From NCBI GenBank assembly GCA_902796175.1, contig CADBOC010000200.1, forward strand, positions 1-38,350: DNA of 38,350 bases, given 5' to 3'. Both the position numbers and the translations under genes were made by a program. Shown piece by piece: positions 31,165 through 38,350 of this stretch; the stretch's first letter is position 1, and the number at the start of each line of letters is the position of its first letter. Below the pieces are notes generated by a model. It did not search any database. It was not told the DNA's origin and saw only the letters and a list, made by a program, of their open reading frames with translations. The DNA is from Oscillospiraceae bacterium (GTDB lineage: Bacteria; Bacillota; Clostridia; Oscillospirales; Acutalibacteraceae).

Positions 31165-32367
31165 ATGGACGTGATCTCCCGTTTTTTAGACTATGTCTCC
31201 TACCACACCACATCCGATGAAGAGAGCGAGACCTACCCCTCCACCGAACGGCAGAAGCTGCTCGGCCGGCGTCTTGCCGAAGAGCTCAAGGCCCTCGGCG
31301 CAGAAGACGCCCATATGGACGAATTCGGCTGCGTGTACGCCTATATCCCGGGAAACGGCGGCGACGCGCCGGAGCCCATCGGATTTATCGCGCATATGGA
31401 CACCTCCCCCGCCGCGCCGGGGAATGATATCAAGCCCCGCCTTCTGACCTATACGGGCGGCGACATTCCGCTCTCAGATACCGAAGTCACCGCTGTAAAG
31501 GATTTTCCGTTCCTGGAGCAGTACGCCGGCCAGCGCCTCATCGTGACCGACGGCACGACGCTGCTGGGCGCGGACGACAAGGCCGGCGTCGCCGAGATCG
31601 TGACGGCGGCAGAAACCCTGCTTTCGGATCCGTCGATCCGGCACAGGGGCGTCGCCGTCTGCTTTACCCCGGATGAGGAGGTGGGAGCCGGCACGGACCA
31701 CTTCGATTTTGAGGCGTTCCGCGCGAAACGCGCCTATACCGTGGACGGCGGCGCGCTCGGCGAGATCGAATACGAAAACTTTAACGCCGCGGCGGTCACC
31801 CTGCGCGTAAAGGGCGTGAACATCCACCCGGGCAGCGCCAAGAACAAAATGAAAAACGCGGTGCTGCTCGCGAACGAGTTCATCACGCGCCTGCCGCCCG
31901 CCGAAACGCCCGCCCACACGGAGGGCTACGAGGGCTTTTACCACGTCTGCTCGATGAACGGCGACGAAAACGCCGCCGCCGTAAAGCTGATCATCCGCGA
32001 TCATGACCGCACGCTTTTTGAAAAACGCAAGGCCTTCGTTGAAAGACTCTGCGATTACCTCAACGGAGTCTACGGCGCGGGCACCTTCGAAGCCGAGATC
32101 AAAGACAGCTATTATAATATGAAAGAGAAGATCGAGCCGCATTTCGATCTGATCACGGCGGCGGAGGAAGCGTTCCGGAAAGCGGGCGTTCAGCCGAAGA
32201 CCGTTCCCATTCGCGGCGGCACGGACGGCGCGATGCTCTCATGGAAGGGCTTACCGTGCCCCAACCTTTCAACGGGCGGCGAAAACTTTCACGGCGTGCA
32301 CGAATTCGTGAGCGCCGACGCCATGGAGACCATGGTACAGGTGCTGATTAACCTCGCTGCATATTGA
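31165..32367 (+). CDS. pepT: peptidase T (tripeptide aminopeptidase, M20B)
   Basis: 400 aa. RFLDYVSYHTTSDEES..PSTERQ, IGFIAHMDTSP, GADDKAGVAEI, TPDEEVG. Confidence 0.93.
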   Translation: MDVISRFLDYVSYHTTSDEESETYPSTERQKLLGRRLAEELKALGAEDAHMDEFGCVYAYIPGNGGDAPEPIGFIAHMDTSPAAPGNDIKPRLLTYTGGDIPLSDTEVTAVKDFPFLEQYAGQRLIVTDGTTLLGADDKAGVAEIVTAAETLLSDPSIRHRGVAVCFTPDEEVGAGTDHFDFEAFRAKRAYTVDGGALGEIEYENFNAAAVTLRVKGVNIHPGSAKNKMKNAVLLANEFITRLPPAETPAHTEGYEGFYHVCSMNGDENAAAVKLIIRDHDRTLFEKRKAFVERLCDYLNGVYGAGTFEAEIKDSYYNMKEKIEPHFDLITAAEEAFRKAGVQPKTVPIRGGTDGAMLSWKGLPCPNLSTGGENFHGVHEFVSADAMETMVQVLINLAAY

Positions 32368-32377
32368 CCGAACGGTC

Positions 32378-32412
32378 AAAAAAGGCTCGTCCGATCCCGG
32401 GCGGGCCTTTTT
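32378..32412. terminator. bidirectional rho-independent terminator
   Basis: AAAAAA-GGCTCGTCCG-ATCC-CGGGCGGGCC-TTTTT (10 bp with two G.U pairs) lies between the convergent stops at 32367 and 32417. Confidence 0.75.
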
Positions 32413-32416
32413 GGAT

Positions 32417-32851
32417 TCAGAGGTATTCGCGCATTTCGGCGGTGAGCTTCGCCTGCAGGCCGATGAGCTTTTTGCAGACGTCGCGCGCTTCCTTTTCCGC
32501 GTCCGGATAATCGTTCAGAAAACCGTTCAGGGATTTAATGCCCATGTTGCAGCCGTCGGTGATCATCTCGGCGGCCTTCGCGTCCGAATCGTCCGCCGTC
32601 AGCGCAACGCCGGTCTTGATCCAGCTCATCGCCTGCACAACGGGGTTCGGGCTTTTGCCCTCGTCGCCGAACCGCGCAAGCTCCTTCTGCACGGAGCCGG
32701 CAAGCTCCGTGAACGCGGTCTTGTTCTCCGCCAGCGTTTTGCGGAGGGTCTCCCCTTTTACGTGTTTGAGCACGTCCTCAATGCCCTGCACGCCCATCTT
32801 GGCGCCGGAATCGCATTCCCGCAGCAAACGGACCGTATCGTCTTTCTGCAT
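32417..32851 (-). CDS. small cytoplasmic all-helical protein of unknown function (possibly a four-helix bundle)
   Basis: 144-aa ORF with coding-like composition and no TM segment or signal peptide. I do not recognise a definite family, and the SD is weak. Confidence 0.55.
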   Translation of the reverse strand: MQKDDTVRLLRECDSGAKMGVQGIEDVLKHVKGETLRKTLAENKTAFTELAGSVQKELARFGDEGKSPNPVVQAMSWIKTGVALTADDSDAKAAEMITDGCNMGIKSLNGFLNDYPDAEKEARDVCKKLIGLQAKLTAEMREYL

Positions 32852-32961
32852 AACACCCGTGCCCCGGCTCTTCGCCGGAGCGCTCCTTTCTTTTTTACTG
32901 ATATCAGCTTGCCCTTCTGTGATTTTTTTATGCGCGAGAGGCTGTATTTTTATTCAGATTC

Positions 32962-32990
32962 TTGCTTTTCATCGCCGGTTGTGATAGGAT
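32962..32990 (+). promoter_or_regulatory. candidate promoter TTGCTT-17-TAGGAT (TGa extended) for the GH95 operon
   Basis: -35 at 32962..32967, -10 at 32985..32990, 30 nt upstream of the TTG start at 33021. Confidence 0.4.
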
Positions 32991-33020
32991 AACGGCGAAA
33001 CCGGGAAGGAGGGAATTTTT

Positions 33021-35267
33021 TTGATACACATCCTGCATCTGAACAAACCCGCTTCACAGTGGAACGACGCCTCCCCCGTCGGCAACGGCAGTCTCGGCGG
33101 CATGCTCTGGGGCCGGCCCGGCGCGGAGCGCGTCACGCTCAGCGAAGAGACGATCTGGGCCGGCCTGCCGATCACGGACGCGGACGGAGATTTCAGGAAA
33201 AAGATCGACGCGCTGAGAAAGAAATTTCTCGACGGCGATCTCGCCGGCATAGACGACGCGGCCGAAACGCTGCTGGACGGCAGCTTTCGCCGCGTGCGCT
33301 CGGCGGAATACGCAGGGGACCTGACGATCCGCACGCCGCTTACGGGAAAAGCGACAGACTACAGCCGCGATCTTGACCTGACGGACGGCGTTTTTGAGAC
33401 GGCTTACGAAATGGACGGTACCGGGGTCCGTGAACGGGCCTTCTGCTCCCACGCGCATAAGGTGCTCGCCCTGCGCTTCGATTTTTCAGAGCCCTGCTCG
33501 CTTACGGTCTCTTACGACCGCCCGAACGTCACGGCGCTCAAAGCGCACGGCGACCGTCTGACGGCCGAAGCGCGGACCGCCTGCGGGAACCACGCGTTTT
33601 CGGTAGGCGTGAAGGTCGAAACGGACGGGGCCGTTACGGCCGACGGCAAAGAACTTGCGGTCAGAGACGCGCGGTTCGCCGTTCTTTATATCGCCGTCGC
33701 GACAGAGTTTAATTTCGGCGCGGATCACGCCGCGGTGCTCGACGATATTCTGACGGAGGCGGAGGACTTCGACGGGATGCTCGCGGCGCACCGCGCGGAT
33801 TTTTCGGAGCTATCGAAGCAAAGCGACGTCACGCTCTTAAGCCCGCCCGAGGTGGAAGCTCTGCCCGCCGACGAACGGCTCGATCGCCTGAAAAACGACC
33901 CGGCAGCCGGGGACCCGGGACTCGCCGCGCTCTACTTCGCCTTCGGCAAATATCTGCTGATCTCCTCCTCCAGAGAGGATACGCTGCCCGCGAACCTGCA
34001 GGGCGTATGGGTCGAAAAGCTCGAAAACCCGTGGAACGCCGATTACCACACCAACATCAACCTGCAGATGAACTACTGGCCCGCCGAGGTCGCGGGGCTC
34101 GGCGCCTGTCACGAAGCGCTCTTCCGCTTTATGAACGAGGTGCTGCTGCCCTCCGGCGAAAAGACGGCGAAGGAGCTCTACGGCTGCCGGGGCACGGTCT
34201 CGCATCATCTGAGCGATCTGTACGGCTACACCGGCCCCGCGGACGGCGTATGGGGGCTGTGGCCCCACGGCGCGGGATGGCTCTCGACCCATATGTGGGA
34301 GCATTACCGCTTCACGCAGGACTTATCCTTTTTGGAGGATACCGCCTACGGCTTTATGAAGGCCGCCGCGCGCTTTTACCTCGATTATCTCTTTGAGGGT
34401 CCGGACGGCAGGCTGCATACAGGGCCCTCCGCCTCGCCCGAGAACCGCTACTATCTGCCGACGCCAAAGGGAAAACAGGAGACGTACATCTGCTTCTCCC
34501 CCACGATGGATATCGAGATCGTGGGCGCGGTGCTCCGGAACTTCATCTCCGCCGCCGAGCTGCTGGAAACGGACGAAGCCATGCGGCGGGAGGCGGCCGA
34601 TGCGCTCGGGCGGCTGCCCGCCCTGACCGTCGGGCCGGACGGAAGGCTCAACGAATGGCTGGAGCCCTATGAGGAGCCCGAACCCGGCCACCGGCATATC
34701 TCTCACGCCTTCGCGCTTTACCCGGACGACGCGATCGGCAGGGATACCCCGGCGCTCTTCGACGCCGTATCGAAGACCCTCGAAAAACGGCTCGCCAACG
34801 GCGGCGGTCACACGGGCTGGTCCCGCGCGTGGCTCATTTGCCTGTACGCCCGTCTCGGGAACGGAGAGGAGGCTGCAAAGCACCTCAGGGCGCTCTTTAC
34901 GAAATCCACGCTGCCGAACCTCTTCGACACCCACCCGCCGTTCCAGATCGACGGGAACTTCGGCGGCGCGGCCGGGATCGCCGAGATGCTGCTGCAGAGC
35001 AAAGAGAACGAGATCGCGCTGCTGCCCGCCATACCCGCCGGCTATACCGGCAGCTTTACGGGACTCAGAGCGCGGGGCGGTCTTTCGGTGGACGCAGCGT
35101 TCGAGAACGGCAGACTTGCGTCCTTTGCCGTTGCCTCGGTGACCGGCGGCGACGTAACCGTGCGGCTGCCGGCGGGCACGGCGGTACGGGGACGGCGGCT
35201 GAAGGACGGCAGCCTTACGGTGCGCCTTACGGGCGGCAAACCCGCCGCGTTTATCTGTGAAACATAA
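33021..35267 (+). CDS. glycoside hydrolase family 95 (alpha-L-fucosidase type), cytoplasmic
   Basis: TTG start after GGAAGGAGGG. N-terminus WNDASPVGNGSLGGMLWGRPGAERVTLSEETIWAG. Catalytic region PANLQGVWVEKLENPWNADYHTNINLQMNYWPAE. No signal peptide. Confidence 0.9.
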   Translation: MIHILHLNKPASQWNDASPVGNGSLGGMLWGRPGAERVTLSEETIWAGLPITDADGDFRKKIDALRKKFLDGDLAGIDDAAETLLDGSFRRVRSAEYAGDLTIRTPLTGKATDYSRDLDLTDGVFETAYEMDGTGVRERAFCSHAHKVLALRFDFSEPCSLTVSYDRPNVTALKAHGDRLTAEARTACGNHAFSVGVKVETDGAVTADGKELAVRDARFAVLYIAVATEFNFGADHAAVLDDILTEAEDFDGMLAAHRADFSELSKQSDVTLLSPPEVEALPADERLDRLKNDPAAGDPGLAALYFAFGKYLLISSSREDTLPANLQGVWVEKLENPWNADYHTNINLQMNYWPAEVAGLGACHEALFRFMNEVLLPSGEKTAKELYGCRGTVSHHLSDLYGYTGPADGVWGLWPHGAGWLSTHMWEHYRFTQDLSFLEDTAYGFMKAAARFYLDYLFEGPDGRLHTGPSASPENRYYLPTPKGKQETYICFSPTMDIEIVGAVLRNFISAAELLETDEAMRREAADALGRLPALTVGPDGRLNEWLEPYEEPEPGHRHISHAFALYPDDAIGRDTPALFDAVSKTLEKRLANGGGHTGWSRAWLICLYARLGNGEEAAKHLRALFTKSTLPNLFDTHPPFQIDGNFGGAAGIAEMLLQSKENEIALLPAIPAGYTGSFTGLRARGGLSVDAAFENGRLASFAVASVTGGDVTVRLPAGTAVRGRRLKDGSLTVRLTGGKPAAFICET

Positions 35268-35285
35268 TACGGAGGTATTTTTTAT

Positions 35286-36341
35286 ATGAAACCGATCAGA
35301 ACGGTCGTCGTCGGCTACGGCGGCATGGGCGGCTGGCATGCGGACCGCCTGCTGAAAATGGAAAAATTCGAGCTTGCGGGCGTTTGGGATATCGACCCCG
35401 CGCGGCTCGACGCCGCCCGCGAGCGCGGGATCCGCGCCTACGGCTCCTTTGAAGAGGTGCTCGGCGACGAAACAGTGGAGCTGCTGGTGATCGCAACCTG
35501 GAACGACGTGCATAAGCCCCTTTGCATCGCTGCGATGCGGGCGGGCAAGAACGTGATCAGCGAAAAGCCCGTCACACTCTCGGTAGCAGATCTCGACGAG
35601 ATGATCGCCGTCTCCAAAGAGACCGGCAGACTGTTCACCGTGCATCAGAACCGGCGCTGGGACGAGGATTACCTCACCATGCGGGCGATCGCAGAAGAGA
35701 ACCGCCTCGGCAAAGTCTTCCGCATCGAATCCCGCGTGCAGGGCTCCAGAGGCATACCGGGCGACTGGCGCAAGGAGGCCGGCCACGGCGGCGGCATGGT
35801 ATACGACTGGGGCGTGCATCTGCTGGATCAGGCCCTCACCTTCTGCGACGGCGACCCGCTGTGCTCCGTCTACGCCCACCTCACGCACATCACGAACGAT
35901 GAGTGCGACGACGGCTTTGTCTGCGAGATGCGTTTTCTCAGCGGCCTGAGATATATGGTGGAGGTCTCCACCAACAACTTCATCTCCCTGCCCCGCTGGT
36001 ACATCCTCGGCGAAAACGGCTCCGCCGTGGTGGAGGACTGGGACTTAAACGGCCGCATGACGCTGGTGCACAACTGGGATAAGATCGATTCCGTACCCGT
36101 AAAGGCCGGCACCGGCATTACGAAGACCATGGCGCCCCGCACGGATGAGACCATCCACGACGAGCCCCTGCCCGCCGTACACGGCAGATGGGAACAGTAT
36201 TACGACAATATTTACGACGTGATCCGCTCCGGCGCGGCGCAGACGGTGACGCACCGCCAGATGCGCCGGTGCCTGAAGCTGATCGAAGCGATCTTCCGTT
36301 CCGCCGAAACGGAGCAGGTGATCGCGTTCACAGAGGATTGA
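35286..36341 (+). CDS. Gfo/Idh/MocA family NAD(P)-dependent oxidoreductase (ThuB-like context)
   Basis: 351 aa. Rossmann motif VVVGYGGMGGWH, EKP motif VISEKPV, and a dimerisation domain containing GGGMVYDWGVHLLDQ. Confidence 0.92.
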   Translation: MKPIRTVVVGYGGMGGWHADRLLKMEKFELAGVWDIDPARLDAARERGIRAYGSFEEVLGDETVELLVIATWNDVHKPLCIAAMRAGKNVISEKPVTLSVADLDEMIAVSKETGRLFTVHQNRRWDEDYLTMRAIAEENRLGKVFRIESRVQGSRGIPGDWRKEAGHGGGMVYDWGVHLLDQALTFCDGDPLCSVYAHLTHITNDECDDGFVCEMRFLSGLRYMVEVSTNNFISLPRWYILGENGSAVVEDWDLNGRMTLVHNWDKIDSVPVKAGTGITKTMAPRTDETIHDEPLPAVHGRWEQYYDNIYDVIRSGAAQTVTHRQMRRCLKLIEAIFRSAETEQVIAFTED

Positions 36342-36355
36342 AGGGAGTTTTCAGG

Positions 36356-37087
36356 ATGATCAGAGTTCTTGTCTTCAATGAGTTTCAGCACGAAAAGGAC
36401 CCGAACTGCCGCGCTTCCACGATCTACCCCGAGGGCATCCATACCGCCATCGCCGGTTTTCTGAACAAAGAAGCGGATCTGACCGTAAAGACCTGCACGC
36501 TGGACGATAAGAACTGCGGCATTACCGAGGCTGTTCTCAAAGAAACCGACGTGCTGCTCTGGTGGGGTCATATGGCCCACCACCGCGTGCCGGACGAGGT
36601 CGCGGAGCTCGTCTACCGCGAGGTCAACAACGGCATGGGCGCGGTGTTTCTGCACTCCGCCCATAAATCCAAGCCCTTTATGCGCCTGATGGGCACAGAC
36701 TGCTCGCTGATCTGGCGCGAATCTGACGATCTGGAGCGGATCTGGACGACGACCCCCTCGCACCCCATCGCTTCGGGGCTGCCCCCGTATTTCGAGCTGC
36801 CGGGCGAAGAGACCTACGGCGAGGCCTTCGGCATTCCGACGCCGGAGGATATCGTGTTCATGGGCTGGTTCGAAGGGGGCGAGGTCTTCCGCTCCGGCTG
36901 CACCTGGCGGCGCGGCCACGGGCGCGTGTTCTATTTTCAGCCCGGCCATGAGACCTACCCGACCTATTACGACGAAAACGTACAGCGCGTGATCAGAAAC
37001 GCGATCCGCTGGGCGGCTCCCGTCTACCGTGTGCAGAACAGCATGGACTGCCCGAACCCGCCGCGCGTCCATCACTGGGGAAAATAA
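36356..37087 (+). CDS. ThuA domain protein (trehalose-utilisation-like, class I glutamine amidotransferase fold)
   Basis: The ATG at 36356 follows GAAGGGAG. MIRVLVFNEFQHE..., DVLLWWGHMAH, FYFQPGHETYPTYYD. Confidence 0.9.
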   Translation: MIRVLVFNEFQHEKDPNCRASTIYPEGIHTAIAGFLNKEADLTVKTCTLDDKNCGITEAVLKETDVLLWWGHMAHHRVPDEVAELVYREVNNGMGAVFLHSAHKSKPFMRLMGTDCSLIWRESDDLERIWTTTPSHPIASGLPPYFELPGEETYGEAFGIPTPEDIVFMGWFEGGEVFRSGCTWRRGHGRVFYFQPGHETYPTYYDENVQRVIRNAIRWAAPVYRVQNSMDCPNPPRVHHWGK

Positions 37088-37090
37088 AGG

Positions 37091-38350
37091 ATGAGAAAAT
37101 ACAAAAAATACGCCGGCGCGGATCAGCATACCCCCGGCGTGCCGCAGTATTTTTCGTGGATCAACAACACGAATGAGGGCTCCACCGAGGCGCAGACCCT
37201 GACGAACCTCGCCTTTTTCGGCTGGATGCGCGATACCTACGGCATGCAGCTGCGCATCTACGCGTGGGACGCGGGCAATTTTGACGGCGCGGGCGAGGGC
37301 TACGGGAACTTAAACGGCGAGAAATTCCGCTCGCAGTACCCGAACGGCTACGCCCCCATCGTAGAAAAGGCGGCTGAGATCGGCGCAAGGCTCGGTCTTT
37401 GGGGTTCGCCGGACGGCTACGGCGACGACCCCGAAACGGAAAAGACACGGTACGACTTTTTTGTACACCTGTGCCGCGACTATCACTTCGCGCTCTTCAA
37501 ATTGGACGGCGTCTGCGGACGGCTCCGTCCCGAAAAGGCGGCGCTCTTCGCACGCATGCTGACCGAATGCCGAAAGTACAGTCCCGATCTGATCGTGCTC
37601 AACCACCGGCTGGATCTCTATGAGGCGGAAAAGCACGTTACGACCTTTCTTTGGAACGGCGACGAGACCTATACGGACGTTTTCTCCCACAACCGGGTCA
37701 CAGCCCCGCACCCGCGCGCCTATCTGTTCTCGCGCGGGCATGTAGATAAACTGAACCGTCTGGCGGAGGACCACGGCGTATGTCTGTCTTCCTCACTCGA
37801 CCGCTTTGAGGACGATCTGATCTATCAGGCGTTCTCGCGCAGCCTGATCCTTTCGCCCGAGATCTACGGCAACCCGTGGTTCTTAAAAGACGGGGAGCTG
37901 CCCCGGCTCGCCCGCGTCTATACGCTGCAGGCGGCGAACGCCGCGATCCTGCCGAACGGCATGCGGCTGCCGGAGCGCTTCGGCCCGAACGCCGTATCGC
38001 GCGGCGACGGCGGCAAACGCATGCTCTGCACCGGCAACGATACGTGGGAGGAAAAAACGCTCGCCCTGACGCTCGACGAGAGCGTAGGGCTCATCCCCGC
38101 GGAACGGATCCGCGTGATCCTGCGCCACCCGTGGGAGGAGTATATCGGCGACTTTGCCTACGGCGAGACCGTCGCGCTGCCGCTGCCGCCCTTCCGCGCC
38201 GTGCTGGCAGAGCTGTCGGTCCCCGACCGGGCGGACCCGGTCCTTACGAACTGCCGCTATCATTTCTTAACGCCGGATGAGACCGGCGCGCCGAAAACCG
38301 TTCGCATTCTTGAAACGGCGGGCGGCAAAATCGAGCTGCTGCGAGGGAAC
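37091..38350 (+). CDS. unknown protein, 5' partial view (420 codons, continues past the window end); possibly a TIM-barrel glycosidase-like enzyme
   Basis: Not in the ORF track because there is no stop in the window. My manual translation from the ATG at 37091 (3 nt after the ThuA stop) is open to 38350: MRKYKKYAGADQHTPGVPQYFSWINNTNEG...FFVHLCRDYHFALFKLDGV... The FKLDG segment loosely recalls the nucleophile region of clan GH-D enzymes. Confidence 0.7.
   Translation, partial: MRKYKKYAGADQHTPGVPQYFSWINNTNEGSTEAQTLTNLAFFGWMRDTYGMQLRIYAWDAGNFDGAGEGYGNLNGEKFRSQYPNGYAPIVEKAAEIGARLGLWGSPDGYGDDPETEKTRYDFFVHLCRDYHFALFKLDGVCGRLRPEKAALFARMLTECRKYSPDLIVLNHRLDLYEAEKHVTTFLWNGDETYTDVFSHNRVTAPHPRAYLFSRGHVDKLNRLAEDHGVCLSSSLDRFEDDLIYQAFSRSLILSPEIYGNPWFLKDGELPRLARVYTLQAANAAILPNGMRLPERFGPNAVSRGDGGKRMLCTGNDTWEEKTLALTLDESVGLIPAERIRVILRHPWEEYIGDFAYGETVALPLPPFRAVLAELSVPDRADPVLTNCRYHFLTPDETGAPKTVRILETAGGKIELLRGN

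Noticed and set aside
32898-32907. Perfect 10-bp palindrome CTGATATCAG in the divergent region upstream of the GH95 operon.
   Set aside because: Palindromes of this size are expected dozens of times by chance in 38 kb. No regulator gene is adjacent and there is no second half-site.

Overview
GC-rich chromosomal segment that looks like Firmicutes/Clostridia: strong GGAGG-type ribosome-binding sites, Bacillus-like pyrH-frr-uppS-cdsA-dxr-rseP order, and dockerin modules. I count about 32 protein-coding genes. I saw no rRNA, tRNA, CRISPR array, transposase, integrase or phage genes. Left to right: a DUF3592-like membrane protein; a cytoplasmic GH95-like hydrolase; a MATE exporter; an ADP-ribosylglycohydrolase; a complete minus-strand F1Fo ATP synthase operon (atpI-like, a, c, b, delta, alpha, gamma, beta, epsilon); a divergent LysR regulator and GPH-type sugar symporter; radC; an RluA-family pseudouridine synthase; a minus-strand operon of an NahK-like sugar kinase, a membrane-anchored CotH-family kinase and ligA; pyrH-frr-uppS-cdsA-dxr-rseP-ispG; a convergent pair of secreted dockerin-tagged cell-wall hydrolases; pepT; a small helical protein; and a GH95 fucosidase / Gfo-Idh-MocA / ThuA / unknown-protein operon that runs off the right edge. 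The last ORF is not in the supplied track because it has no stop in the window. This is mostly core, housekeeping DNA, and I did not find a self-contained new multi-gene system such as a defence island or mobile element. Five things deserve a second look. (1) dxr is split by one in-frame TGA that sits exactly on the invariant Trp codon of the active-site loop. (2) The ATP synthase delta subunit is only 72 aa (C-terminal domain only), while subunit a carries an extra two-helix N-terminus of about 70 aa. (3) Two peptidoglycan hydrolases carry dockerins, and one also has four Cys-rich CX9CX2C...H repeats. (4) Terminator-like hairpins lie inside the leaders of the MATE gene and the atp operon. (5) The GH95 / ThuAB-like / unknown-protein operon. 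All functional calls rest on motifs I recognise in the translated ORFs, not on database searches. Promoter and terminator calls are by eye.
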